NCBI GenBank assembly: GCA_964016885.1
Contig: OZ024754.1
Span: 15,128,001-15,192,000 of the forward strand
Direction of reading: 5' to 3'
Length of the DNA: 64,000 nt
Origin: Eledone cirrhosa
Taxonomy: Eukaryota
In this document: piece by piece, positions 32,171 through 44,975 of the stretch
How positions within the stretch are numbered: position 1 is the first letter of the stretch
Layout of the letters: every line of letters starts with the position of its first letter
Position numbers and translations under genes: made by a program
The notes under the pieces: model-generated
Databases searched by the model: none
What the model saw: only the letters and a program-made list of their open reading frames with translations
What the model was told of the DNA's origin: nothing

Positions 32171-35083
32171 AATACGTGACGTATTCTATTCTATAGCGAT
32201 TAGGTCTTCAAAATGTTTATTATAAACATACAGAATATTTTCGAATATTCTATGTCTATATTCACATATATATCGCTATTTCAGAGCATTTATTCCAATT
32301 TCTAATTTCTGCCGGACCGGCAACCGCTCTTTCAAACCAGTTCCTGTACACAGCTAAGTATTCTATAAGTCTCTAGCTGTGTCATTCTCGATAAAAGCAC
32401 TGGATATGTAGTCCTGATGAGTTCTAACAAGAATGAAACGCGTAGATTACTTCCCTTGCTTTTATCGAGAATCTAATTGTAATACGTGACGTATTCTATT
32501 CTATAGCGATTAGGTCTTCAAAATGTTTATTATAAACATACAGAATATTTTCGAATATTCTATGTCTATATTCACATATATATCGCTATTTCAGAGCATT
32601 TATTCCAATTTCTAATTTCTGCCGGACCGGCAACCGCTCTTTCAAACCAGTTCCTGTACACAGCTAAGTATTCTATAAGTCTCTAGCTGTGTCATTCTCG
32701 ATAAAAGCACTGGATATGTAGTCCTGATGAGTTCTAACAAGAATGAAACGCGTAGATTACTTCCCTTGCTTTTATCGAGAATCTAATTGTAATACGTGAC
32801 GTATTCTATTCTATAGCGATTAGGTCTTCAAAATGTTTATTATAAACATACAGAATATTTTCGAATATTCTATGTCTATATTCACATATATATCGCTATT
32901 TCAGAGCATTTATTCCAATTTCTAATTTCTGCCGGACCGGCAACCGCTCTTTCAAACCAGTTCCTGTACACAGCTAAGTATTCTATAAGTCTCTAGCTGT
33001 GTCATTCTCGATAAAAGCACTGGATATGTAGTCCTGATGAGTTCTAACAAGAATGAAACGCGTAGATTACTTCCCTTGCTTTTATCGAGAATCTAATTGT
33101 AATACGTGACGTATTCTATTCTATAGCGATTAGGTCTTCAAAATGTTTATTATAAACATACAGAATATTTTCGAATATTCTATGTCTATATTCACATATA
33201 TATCGCTATTTCAGAGCATTTATTCCAATTTCTAATTTCTGCCGGACCGGCAACCGCTCTTTCAAACCAGTTCCTGTACACAGCTAAGTATTCTATAAGT
33301 CTCTAGCTGTGTCATTCTCGATAAAAGCACTGGATATGTAGTCCTGATGAGTTCTAACAAGAATGAAACGCGTAGATTACTTCCCTTGCTTTTATCGAGA
33401 ATCTAATTGTAATACGTGACGTATTCTATTCTATAGCGATTAGGTCTTCAAAATGTTTATTATAAACATACAGAATATTTTCGAATATTCTATGTCTATA
33501 TTCACATATATATCGCTATTTCAGAGCATTTATTCCAATTTCTAATTTCTGCCGGACCGGCAACCGCTCTTTCAAACCAGTTCCTGTACACAGCTAAGTA
33601 TTCTATAAGTCTCTAGCTGTGTCATTCTCGATAAAAGCACTGGATATGTAGTCCTGATGAGTTCTAACAAGAATGAAACGCGTAGATTACTTCCCTTGCT
33701 TTTATCGAGAATCTAATTGTAATACGTGACGTATTCTATTCTATAGCGATTAGGTCTTCAAAATGTTTATTATAAACATACAGAATATTTTCGAATATTC
33801 TATGTCTATATTCACATATATATCGCTATTTCAGAGCATTTATTCCAATTTCTAATTTCTGCCGGACCGGCAACCGCTCTTTCAAACCAGTTCCTGTACA
33901 CAGCTAAGTATTCTATAAGTCTCTAGCTGTGTCATTCTCGATAAAAGCACTGGATATGTAGTCCTGATGAGTTCTAACAAGAATGAAACGCGTAGATTAC
34001 TTCCCTTGCTTTTATCGAGAATCTAATTGTAATACGTGACGTATTCTATTCTATAGCGATTAGGTCTTCAAAATGTTTATTATAAACATACAGAATATTT
34101 TCGAATATTCTATGTCTATATTCACATATATATCGCTATTTCAGAGCATTTATTCCAATTTCTAATTTCTGCCGGACCGGCAACCGCTCTTTCAAACCAG
34201 TTCCTGTACACAGCTAAGTATTCTATAAGTCTCTAGCTGTGTCATTCTCGATAAAAGCACTGGATATGTAGTCCTGATGAGTTCTAACAAGAATGAAACG
34301 CGTAGATTACTTCCCTTGCTTTTATCGAGAATCTAATTGTAATACGTGACGTATTCTATTCTATAGCGATTAGGTCTTCAAAATGTTTATTATAAACATA
34401 CAGAATATTTTCGAATATTCTATGTCTATATTCACATATATATCGCTATTTCAGAGCATTTATTCCAATTTCTAATTTCTGCCGGACCGGCAACCGCTCT
34501 TTCAAACCAGTTCCTGTACACAGCTAAGTATTCTATAAGTCTCTAGCTGTGTCATTCTCGATAAAAGCACTGGATATGTAGTCCTGATGAGTTCTAACAA
34601 GAATGAAACGCGTAGATTACTTCCCTTGCTTTTATCGAGAATCTAATTGTAATACGTGACGTATTCTATTCTATAGCGATTAGGTCTTCAAAATGTTTAT
34701 TATAAACATACAGAATATTTTCGAATATTCTATGTCTATATTCACATATATATCGCTATTTCAGAGCATTTATTCCAATTTCTAATTTCTGCCGGACCGG
34801 CAACCGCTCTTTCAAACCAGTTCCTGTACACAGCTAAGTATTCTATAAGTCTCTAGCTGTGTCATTCTCGATAAAAGCACTGGATATGTAGTCCTGATGA
34901 GTTCTAACAAGAATGAAACGCGTAGATTACTTCCCTTGCTTTTATCGAGAATCTAATTGTAATACGTGACGTATTCTATTCTATAGCGATTAGGTCTTCA
35001 AAATGTTTATTATAAACATACAGAATATTTTCGAATATTCTATGTCTATATTCACATATATATCGCTATTTCAGAGCATTTAT

Positions 35084-35088
<5 letters not shown>
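32171..35088 (+). repeat. 310-bp tandem array (9 full units and a partial one), retrozyme-like
   Basis: AATACGTGACGTATTC recurs at 32171, 32481, 32791, 33101, 33411, 33721, 34031, 34341, 34651 and 34961. The units look identical by eye. Confidence 0.97.
32408..32450 (+). ncRNA. Type I hammerhead ribozyme (first of nine; CTGATGA cores at 32414 + 310n up to 34894)
   Basis: GTAGTC-CTGATGA-GTTCT aaca AGAAT-GAAA-CGCG-TA-GATTAC. Stem I is extended by a 16-bp inverted repeat (32384-32399 / 32457-32472). Confidence 0.88.
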
Positions 35089-35130
<42 letters not shown>

Positions 35131-35136
35131 GATATG

Positions 35137-35187
<51 letters not shown>

Positions 35188-35208
35188 ATATATATATGTG
35201 TATATATA

Positions 35209-35249
<41 letters not shown>

Positions 35250-35254
35250 GTATG

Positions 35255-35288
<34 letters not shown>

Positions 35289-35348
35289 TGTATGTGTATA
35301 TATGTATCTATATATATATGTATATATATATATGTGTATATATGTATC

Positions 35349-35379
<31 letters not shown>

Positions 35380-35723
35380 ATATATGTATCTATATATATA
35401 TGTATATATATATATGTGTATATATGTATCTATATATATATGTATATATATATGTATGTGTATATATGTATCTATATATATATGTATGTATATATGTATC
35501 TATATATATATGTATATATGTATGTATATGTATATATGTATGTATATATATATGTATGTATATGTATATATGTATGTATATATATATGTATGTATATGTA
35601 TATGTATATATATGTCTGTATATATATGTGTGTATATGTATATATATGTCTGTATATATATGTGTGTATATATGTACATGTGTGTGTGTATATATGTATG
35701 TATATATATATATATATATATAT

Positions 35724-35767
<44 letters not shown>

Positions 35768-35859
35768 ATATATATATAGATATGTATGTATATATATATA
35801 TATATATATGTATGTATATATATATATAGATATGTATGTATATATATATATATATATAT

Positions 35860-38338
35860 GTTTGAATAACTTTGAAATGTTTTGGCCAGTATTGGCCCAG
35901 GCCATGTCTAACTTAATAGCACCACCTGGCGAAGTCTTTCAATTCAGGATTTGGGCACCATGGCCCATTCGAGAAGAGAATTACTGTTTGCGGAGACATA
36001 TCCGGGTGTGGGTGGTTTGTCCGGGATTACTTGGAGGAATTTGTCCAAAGACTTCTTGAATCTTGTGTGGTCAGTTTCTGTTTTGACGTGTCCAGGTGTG
36101 ATGTTGAAGAGAGCAGGGCCGATTGAGGTGAAATAATTGTGCCGTATTGTTGTTATGAGTTGCGATTTAGATTTTTGAATGGGACGGATAGCACGGGGCC
36201 CAAGCCTTGGGTGTATCTTGAAGGCGATGCCAACATCATTTGGGCAGTGATGATGGAACATTTTCCACATCATGCAGATAATATAACGCTCACGGCGACG
36301 TTGGAGTGAGTAAAGTTTCAGGTTTTCCAATCGACCCCAGTAGTCAAGGTCTGACATGCCATCTATCTTTTTCGTGATTGCCCTTTGAGGAGCTTCAAGT
36401 TTCATGATACTTTGTTTCGTGTGGGGAGACCACAGTGGACAACAGTATTCAAGGTGTGGTCGGGCGAAAGTAGAGAAGAGAAGGATAATGGTGCGGGAAT
36501 CTCTCGACTGGAAGGTTCTGAGGATCCAGGAACACATTCTGCGGGCCATGTCAACTTTGCTGCTTATATGCGTGGTCCAGCTTATGTTGCTGTCCACGGT
36601 TACTCCCAAGTCTCTGATGTTGTTAGATGCCACGAGAGTTTCCCCGGAGGGAAGGGAGTACGGGAGTTTCAGAGCATCCTCTTTTCCAAAGTGGATCAGT
36701 TCGAATTTGTCTTCGTTCAGTAACATGTTGTTCTTTTCTGCCCATTGGGTAACAGCCAGTAGGTCTGACTGAAGGCTTATCCGGTCATCCACGCCATTGA
36801 TGACCTTTTGGAGCTTGGAATCATCAGCGAAAATTTTAATGTTGCTGTGTTTGATGATGTCAGTGATGTCATTAATATAGATGATGAAGAGAAGTGGGCC
36901 CAACACAGTGCCTTGTGGGACTCCACTACTGACTTTGGCTGGGCTTGATTTGACTCCCTCAACTACAACATGTTGGGTTCTGTTTGACAGGAAGCTCTTG
37001 ATCCACTGCAGCAGCTTTCCAGTGACACCAATATTGGACAGCTTTCTCAGTAGAATGTTATGATCAACCCTGTCAAAGGCCTTGCTGAAATCAAGGTAGA
37101 TAACATCAGTGTTGGAACCCTCTCCCAAGGCTCTCAAAATGTCATCAAAGTGATGCAGTAGTTGCGTCAGGCAATCCCTTCCATTACGGAATCCATGCTG
37201 GTTGGAGTTCAGCATATTGTTACTCTCAAGGAAGTGGGTCATTCGCGATCTCACCACTCGCTCAAATACCTTAATGATATGAGAGGTGAGTGAGATTGGA
37301 CGGTAATTCACGGCAAGGGATTTGTTTCCCTTTTTGAAAACTGGGACAACAGACTGGGATAGAAGGTTTTCTGGCACATATCCAGCATCCAGTGAGTTCT
37401 GCCACAGATTGGCAAGAGGAGAAGCAAGTTGGTGTTGACACGCCTTCAAGACACAAGCAGGGAACCTATCGGGACCTACTGCTGAATTATGTTTGATTTC
37501 CTTTATTGCCGCCAAGACATCAGGGGCGCCAAACGTTATGTCCGATAAGGTGTAATGGGGAGTAACATCGCCGATACAGCCCAGATCGGCCATATCAGGA
37601 TTGCTGAAAACAGAGCAGTATTGTTTCTGCAGTATCTCACCCATGGTTTTAGCATTGTCTTGAAGAGTGCCATTTTCATCAATTAGAGGGCCAACAGTAG
37701 AGCCAGTGATTTTGTGTTTTTTTGCAAATGAAAAGAACACTTTGGGATTGAGTTTGATCTTCTCAATGGCCCAGGCCTCTTCAGCTCTTCTCTGATTGTT
37801 GATGAGGGACATTATGTTGTTTTGGAGGTTATGTTTTTTAATCTCTAGTGATGAAATGGCAGTCAAGTTGATGTGTTGCTGCTGACAGTATTTCAGCTTG
37901 TTGATTTTTTTGTTCGTTCTCTTAATTTTTCTGATGAGTGTTTTTCTATTTCTAGGGATTCTGCTCTTAGATTTGTTTATAGTTCTTAATGGGGTGTGTT
38001 TAGCACATATGTTTGTAACAGTGTCCACAAAAGTCTGCCAGGACTTTTTGATGTTAGTGGGTGTATGAGTGTGCGTGAAGGACCAGTCGACATGTGCAAG
38101 ATCATGACTGATCGCTTCCCAGTTTGCATTGTGGAAATCCATAGCGTCAAACGGATGGACAGGAGAAATGACATTGGGTTTGTATATTGGACGGTGGAAT
38201 CTCAGATCACAGAGAACCATGTCATGATCAGAGAGTAGAGTTTTCTCCACTGCAATATTGTGGATATTGTCAGTGTGATTGCTGAAAATTAAGTCTAGGA
38301 CGTTTTTGTGGCACCTCGTTGGTTCGAGCACTAGTTGG
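35860..38338 (-). mobile_element. 5'-truncated CR1/L2-like LINE
   Basis: RT ORF with a short 3' UTR, inserted in a TA-rich microsatellite. Confidence 0.9.
35944..38331 (-). CDS. LINE ORF2 fragment (end of APE and complete RT domain), uninterrupted 795 aa
   Basis: Motifs [55 protein letters not shown] and [10 protein letters not shown]. Confidence 0.9.
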   Translation of the reverse strand: MLEPTRCHKNVLDLIFSNHTDNIHNIAVEKTLLSDHDMVLCDLRFHRPIYKPNVISPVHPFDAMDFHNANWEAISHDLAHVDWSFTHTHTPTNIKKSWQTFVDTVTNICAKHTPLRTINKSKSRIPRNRKTLIRKIKRTNKKINKLKYCQQQHINLTAISSLEIKKHNLQNNIMSLINNQRRAEEAWAIEKIKLNPKVFFSFAKKHKITGSTVGPLIDENGTLQDNAKTMGEILQKQYCSVFSNPDMADLGCIGDVTPHYTLSDITFGAPDVLAAIKEIKHNSAVGPDRFPACVLKACQHQLASPLANLWQNSLDAGYVPENLLSQSVVPVFKKGNKSLAVNYRPISLTSHIIKVFERVVRSRMTHFLESNNMLNSNQHGFRNGRDCLTQLLHHFDDILRALGEGSNTDVIYLDFSKAFDRVDHNILLRKLSNIGVTGKLLQWIKSFLSNRTQHVVVEGVKSSPAKVSSGVPQGTVLGPLLFIIYINDITDIIKHSNIKIFADDSKLQKVINGVDDRISLQSDLLAVTQWAEKNNMLLNEDKFELIHFGKEDALKLPYSLPSGETLVASNNIRDLGVTVDSNISWTTHISSKVDMARRMCSWILRTFQSRDSRTIILLFSTFARPHLEYCCPLWSPHTKQSIMKLEAPQRAITKKIDGMSDLDYWGRLENLKLYSLQRRRERYIICMMWKMFHHHCPNDVGIAFKIHPRLGPRAIRPIQKSKSQLITTIRHNYFTSIGPALFNITPGHVKTETDHTRFKKSLDKFLQVIPDKPPTPGYVSANSNSLLEWAMVPKS

Positions 38339-38362
38339 GATGTATATATATATATAGATATG

Positions 38363-38409
<47 letters not shown>

Positions 38410-38510
38410 ATATATATGTATGTATATATATGTGTATATATATATATGTATGTATATATATGTGTATATATATATATGTATGTATATATATGTGTATATA
38501 TATATGTGTG

Positions 38511-38563
<53 letters not shown>

Positions 38564-38568
38564 GTATG

Positions 38569-38602
<34 letters not shown>

Positions 38603-39022
38603 TATGTATGTGTATATATGTATCTATATATATATGTATATATATATGTATGTGTATATATGTATCTATATATATATGTATGTGTATATATGTATCTATA
38701 TATATATGTATATATATATGTATGTGTATATATGTATCTATATATATATGTATATATATATGTATGTGTATATATGTATCTATATATATATGTATGTATA
38801 TATGTATCTATATATATATGTATATATGTATGTATATGTATATATGTATGTATATATATATGTATGTATATGTATATATGTATGTATATATATATGTATG
38901 TATATGTATATGTATATATATGTCTGTATATATATGTGTGTATATGTATATATATGTCTGTATATATATGTGTGTATATATGTACATGTGCGTGTGTATA
39001 TATGTATGTATATATATATATA

Positions 39023-39560
39023 TGTCAAGTCACCAGTTGGTGCTACTGGTAACATGTATCCCAGTACAACCTGTCTCATGGTCGGGTCGTTGGCGACTAA
39101 ACTGGCAACCCCACCAAGGTTTCTTGGTGAGGAGGGTGACTTTGGACATCCTGCAGGACTAAATACAAAACCTGTCAAAGGGCAAATGAGCTCTTAAGAG
39201 TCAATGGCCATCCAAAATCACCGGGAGAGATGACCCCTTAGCCTTTGTCAAGGCAGAATTCTAGGAGAAAGAAAACTCTGATATAACACCTGCAACTCTG
39301 ATGCTATCCAATGATGTTGACTTGTTCTTCTTTTTGGTAAATATCATCTTGCTAAAGAGACTGGGACTGGCTTTGTGCAGTGCCTTTGCTCACTATAAAA
39401 GCTTCACGACACAGGCATTGCTCTATATCTGGAGATCTCTCTGCCCTTGTTGTTAAATGGTACCATGGGCCCAGCACTATGTGTCAATAATTGTCACAAG
39501 TGTAGTGTTTGTACCAGAGTTTTGAAGTCGCTGGCTGGACTAAAAAATCACACTCGTTCA
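39023..39560 (+). mobile_element. Possible RTE-derived non-autonomous fragment
   Basis: The 3' part encodes a C2H2-like CSVCTRVLKSLAGLKNHTR, typical of RTE ORF ends. It is relatively GC-rich and decayed. Confidence 0.35.
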
Positions 39561-39629
39561 GCGCATCGGTAGGGGTTCTCCTACATTGATATAAAGTAGT
39601 GGCCGTACTCGAAAACGAGTTGGCAGCCA

Positions 39630-39659
<30 letters not shown>

Positions 39660-39665
<6 letters not shown>

Positions 39666-39941
39666 CTTTGGTGCGTTATGGTCCATCTGGTTCCTTACCA
39701 AATTTCCTTTGTTATATATATAATATATATATATAACGAAGGAAATGTGGTAAGGAACCAGATGGACCATAACGCACCAAAGTACTCAATAGAAGAGTGG
39801 GTAATAGGAACGAGTAGGACCCCGACGGCTGAGCTCAAACCGTTTCGACGGCTAATTCTGGACTAAAAAAAATAAAAGTATTTTTAGTCCAGAATTAGCC
39901 GTCGAAACGGCTTTAGCTCAGCCGTCGGGGTCCTACCCGTT

Positions 39942-39946
<5 letters not shown>
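39660..39946. repeat. Two adjacent fold-back modules, same family as 28915-29090
   Basis: Palindromes at 39663-39780 and 39803-39946 (GACGGCTAATTCTGGACTAAAAA / TTTTTAGTCCAGAATTAGCCGTC). Confidence 0.7.
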
Positions 39947-39976
<30 letters not shown>

Positions 39977-40202
39977 ATGTATGGCCTTGTACATTTACAT
40001 TTCAGAAATTATATATTCACTGACTAGAAAGGCCACACCGTAAAACACATCAATGTAAAAGTTTAAATCTCTCAAAAATAGAAATCAATTTAAGAGAAAT
40101 ATTTCTTTTCACTCCTATATTAAATCACATTTGAAATATTGACATTCGACCCTTTAAAATAATCAATATATTTATTGTAATTAATCGTATAAAGATAAAT
40201 AC

Positions 40203-40300
40203 CTGTAACTGAATGCATGTGCTGTAATTACTCCATTCCCTATTGCCATCTGGTTTCTTCCACCAGGTGCCATTAACATCGCAGTATTTATGGGCTTTAC
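40203..40300 (-). CDS. Exon of a class B1 GPCR, end of the extracellular hormone-receptor domain
   Basis: attccAG|98 nt|GTattt. It translates as (G)KAHKYCDVNGTWWKKPDGNREWSNYSTCIQLQ, matching the C-x3-G-x-W...W-S-N-Y-x2-C motif of calcitonin/CGRP/DH31 receptors. Confidence 0.85.
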
Positions 40301-41528
40301 CTGGAATGATAATTTTACTGTATTTTAGACGAAGTTTAGGAATTATTTACGGTTTGATTGGGAATCAAATTCATTGTAATTGTCATCATTGGATTTTATT
40401 CACACGAAACATTTAACGATTTGGCAGAGGAAGTAAAACGTTAGATATTTGTTCCGAGTCTCTGCAGTCTCAGTTCAAATCCCACTGAGATTTACTTTGC
40501 CTTTTATTCCTCTTCCCTTCCAGCTGTCACATCTTGGATGTTCTACCGGATCAAGGGAGAAAGTGTCGAGACAGCGTCTGTGTCAGCGACTGGAGGGGTA
40601 TCTTTAGAGAAAACATGATATATATATATACTAACAATTCATACAATACTGCAAGTTGCAGCTGTAGCTTATAACTGGTATCTGAAATAGTTGAATAAAA
40701 TTGGCTCTACCAATGTATTGTACTTTTTGAATTACTGTATATACTCATATATAAGCCGTCGAATGAGTGACAAAATTGATGGCAAAATGAGAGGTCGACT
40801 TGGATTCGAGGTCAATATTTTGCTGATTTTCACCAATTTCAATTTCTAGGTAAATAAGGTGCTAAAATACCCGGAGTGATTATTTGGCATTGAAACACGA
40901 TTTTTCTACATTTACTACATCGTCAGTAGTGTTATTTATGCATTCCCTTGAAAATATTTCCAACAAATGTTTATAGTTTGTATTACATTTCAATAGCATT
41001 TCATTGGAATCTAATGTGTTAATCATATAGATTGCACCTCCCTCCTTTGATCCAGAAGAATATCCAAGATGTAACAGATGGAAAGAGAGAGGGTTATGCC
41101 AGCACTAGGGTGTACTTTCTTCATCGATCACGAAGGGATGAACCCTATGGAGGAACCCAGAAAACAAAGACCCGGAAGAAATATACAACCCTCTAACGCT
41201 TCTGACAAATTGACTGCCTAAGAGTTTAAATAACACCGTGTAATACGGAGACACAAACACATTGTCTGTGTATACAACGACTTCGTGAACATTGAAACAA
41301 TAAACCATGCAAGGAGAATTTCATATTCTTATGTCTGGCTATGGTTGTGAGTATCTAAGTTTGGGTGGACACCCACATACACACAATCTATAACACTCTC
41401 ACATACACACACGCACACACATACATCTATACATATAAAGAAAGAAGGGGAAGGGAGAGTGGAAGAAACAGAGAAACAGAAGAACAGATTAAGATTGAAA
41501 GAGGAACAAAAAGAAATATATATATATA

Positions 41529-41566
41529 CGAGCTGAGGATCCGCTAAGGTGAAACAATTGTTCTCG
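41529..41566 (+). ncRNA. Minimal type I hammerhead ribozyme
   Basis: CGAG-CTGAGGA-tCC gctaa GGt-GAAA-CAATTG-TT-CTCG. Confidence 0.62.
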
Positions 41567-41667
41567 GTATGGTGAGCTAACTGTTGTGTAACCATTTCTA
41601 TATATATATAGAGAGAGAATAAGAAAAAGCGAAGTAGTTTCAGATGTTAAAGTCCTTTAATGATAAT

Positions 41668-41740
41668 GCTGTGATACATATTTCTATGACGATAGTTGCC
41701 ACACTTCGGTGTACCCAGTGCCGTGACATCATCAGACAGC
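41668..41740 (-). ncRNA. Type I hammerhead ribozyme with expanded stem II
   Basis: Reverse complement GCTGT-CTGATGA-(~44 nt)-GAAA-TATGTA-TC-ACAGC. A truncated copy lies at 43030-43133. Confidence 0.65.
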
Positions 41741-43225
41741 TTCTTACATAATAAGGTTATGTTTCCGAGGCAATCCAAATTGAATCGACATGGGAACGGA
41801 CAAAGCGTGTGCTCTTGAATCTTTCGCCCGTTCCCTTGCGAGTCCCAATTCATCCCCACCGGTCTGCGCAGGCGTAAGTCCGAAGGAAGTTGACCATCAA
41901 CTACCCCAAAGTTCTACGAAACTCGCCTAGGAAGGTCCCCCTCTCAACCAAATAATCACCCCCATCCAGGTCTGTAATATGACACGGTTATAGTTTACTG
42001 CAAGCCACCCTGTTAGTGGCAGCCGGCCGAAAGCTAGTGGGGATGGGAGAGTATGAGTATCAATAGGTCTCAATACTACCCCTAAATTAAGCATGGACAA
42101 TAGAATTGACCATCACCCGCTAAGAGAATATATACTTATTTCTAGGTATTAGGTATTATGGTTTCACAGTGGAAATTATGATTGAAAATTATAAATTAAA
42201 AATTAAAAATTAAAAATTAAAAATTAAAAATTAAAAAAATTACAAGTTAAAATCTTGATTGAAGTAAGTAAAAAAATATGTACATATAATAACTAATAAA
42301 TAGGGAGATGTTTAAATTATAGTAAGAAGTTTTGAAAGGAGGATCAATATTACAGATATATTATCCATATATTGAACGATAGTACCGTACAGTAGAACGG
42401 AGGGTAAATTACAGTATGAAACGTAGTAATTAGGCAAATACATAGTTAATATCTCTATCACATGAATCAAAACAAAAAATACAAAATATAAAATACAACA
42501 AATACAAAAAATACATAGATGCAAAATGAGATAGGAGGTATATATGTAAAATGAGATAGGAGATATATATGAGAAACATATACGAGGAAGGTAAGCTGTA
42601 TGGAATGAGGGTATAGGTGGTTAAAATGATTGTCAATTGTCAATTTTGTCCATGTAAAGTGCATATAAAAATTAGTTATCTGATGAAGTGAGGGGGCTTC
42701 CGTTCAAGGCCTCTGTGCAAATGCAATTTGCTGCAGGAAAATAAAGGGTTTATCGTTGTTTTTAGTTCCGCGTATTTATCCTGTCGAAAGTTAGCTTATA
42801 ATTTTATGTCCGTCCAGTAGCAGGGATTTCCAGTGTGTGCAATCAATCCCCATGGTAGAGGGAATTTCCGGGTGTAGCTGATGGCTGGTTCCTCTCTTCT
42901 CCACTATATCGGGTACACCATAGAGCGCTCAACGTTTTGGAGCTAAATTCTTAAGGTAAATATTGATGCAATTCAATTCAAGCACTCAACGTACATTTTT
43001 CCCCATAGGAGTGACGGAGTATATATCGAATAAGAAAAAGCGAAGTAGTTTCAGATGTTAAAGTTCTTTAATGATAATGCTGTGATACGTATTTCAATGA
43101 CGACAGTGGCCACACGCTTCGGTGTACCCAGTGGTATTGGATATATACTCCGTCACTCCTATGTGGAAAAAGTACGTTGAGTGCTTGAATTGAAATGCAT
43201 CAATATTTATCTTAAGTATATACAG

Positions 43226-43258
<33 letters not shown>

Positions 43259-43263
43259 ATGTA

Positions 43264-43327
<64 letters not shown>

Positions 43328-43330
43328 TAC

Positions 43331-43404
<74 letters not shown>

Positions 43405-43451
43405 ATATATATATATGTGTATATGTATATATATATATGTATATGTATATG

Positions 43452-43525
<74 letters not shown>

Positions 43526-43556
43526 GTATATATATATATATGTATATGTATATATG

Positions 43557-43592
<36 letters not shown>

Positions 43593-43658
43593 GTATATAT
43601 GTATATATGTATATATATATATATATATGTATATATATGTATATATATATATATGTAT

Positions 43659-43692
<34 letters not shown>

Positions 43693-43699
43693 GTATATG

Positions 43700-43752
<53 letters not shown>

Positions 43753-43780
43753 GTATATATATATATGTATATGTATATAT

Positions 43781-43863
<83 letters not shown>

Positions 43864-44116
43864 AAGAAAGAAAGAGAGAGAGAGAGTTGCATATGTAAGA
43901 ATAGAATAAAGAATGATAAAGCAATATATGATTGGTGACATATTTTATATGGATTTCTTCGATCAAAGAAATAAATATTCAAATATAATAGATGGAATTA
44001 AAATATTAATGAAATGTGAAAAAGTAGGCCCCAAGAACTTCTACACCATTAAACAGTTAAACTTCACTACATTGTCTCTAACCACCCACCTACAACATAC
44101 ACACATACATACACAC

Positions 44117-44226
<110 letters not shown>

Positions 44227-44256
44227 TATACATATGTAAATATATACATATGTGAA

Positions 44257-44372
44257 AGCGTGTGGCTGAGTGGTTAGAGAATTGGATTCGCAATCGTAAA
44301 GTTGTGAGTTCGATTCCTGGACCAGGCGATGCGTTATGTCTTTGAGCAAAACACTTTATTTCACGTTGCTCC
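44257..44372 (+). mobile_element. tRNA-derived SINE (family B)
   Basis: A box TGGCTGAGTGG and B box GAGTTCGATTCC, followed by TGTCTTTGAGCAAAACACTT. Confidence 0.65.
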
Positions 44373-44499
44373 TTCTACCTGGAGTTGCGACCGATAGATA
44401 GTATTAGCAATTGGAAAGACCAATGGAAACATTGTTTCCTCGGTCCGATTTGACGAAAGTCGATCGTTAAAAAATATATACATATTGCGTATGTATGTA

Positions 44500-44975
44500 T
44501 TAGAATTTCGTATTTCAGAAGAAATGATGTTTAAAATAAATATTTAGAGAGCCGTAGCTATGCCAAGACACCAGCGACTAACATCGTCTGGCGGTGTCCA
44601 GCAGAAGCAAGGGGGACAATCGTGGATGTGCATTTCGAACTGAGCTGGTTGTCATTAGCACGAAACCTCGCACGCATACAACTGCTGAACTTTGAAGACA
44701 GGTGAGAATATATAGTTTTCTTGTCCGTGTAAATGTAGTGATTAATCTCATTTACAAATGAAGCTGTATAAGTTGGCTCAACTAATAATAGAATAGAATT
44801 AGAATTTAGCTTCAGACATAATTGTGTACAGATATGTATTGGAATTTCGTATTTCAGAAGAAATACGACCATGTTTACAATAGCTCTCTAAACGTTTATT
44901 TTAAACATACCGTATTTCTTCTGAAATACGAAATTCCAATATATATCTGTATACAACTATGCCTGAAGCTAAATA
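44500..44975 (-). mobile_element. Diverged ~340-bp HHR-bearing repeat with fold-back; ribozyme core mutated (CTAATGA) at 44621-44662
   Basis: Homologous to 55110-55520. Reverse complement CGTG-CTAATGA-...-GAAA-TGCACA-TC-CACG. Confidence 0.6.

Noticed and set aside
32171-35088. CRISPR-like array interpretation
   Set aside because: There are no variable spacers and no cas genes, whole units repeat, and the context is eukaryotic.
37931-37960. CTGATGA motif inside the CR1-like LINE
   Set aside because: There is no downstream GAAA or pairing stems; it is a chance match antisense to coding sequence.
40635-40682. Possible minus-strand micro-exon bounded by AG/GT
   Set aside because: No receptor-like peptide appears in any frame.
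44257-44330. tRNA gene
   Set aside because: The tRNA-like head continues into a SINE body, and the cloverleaf is not convincing.
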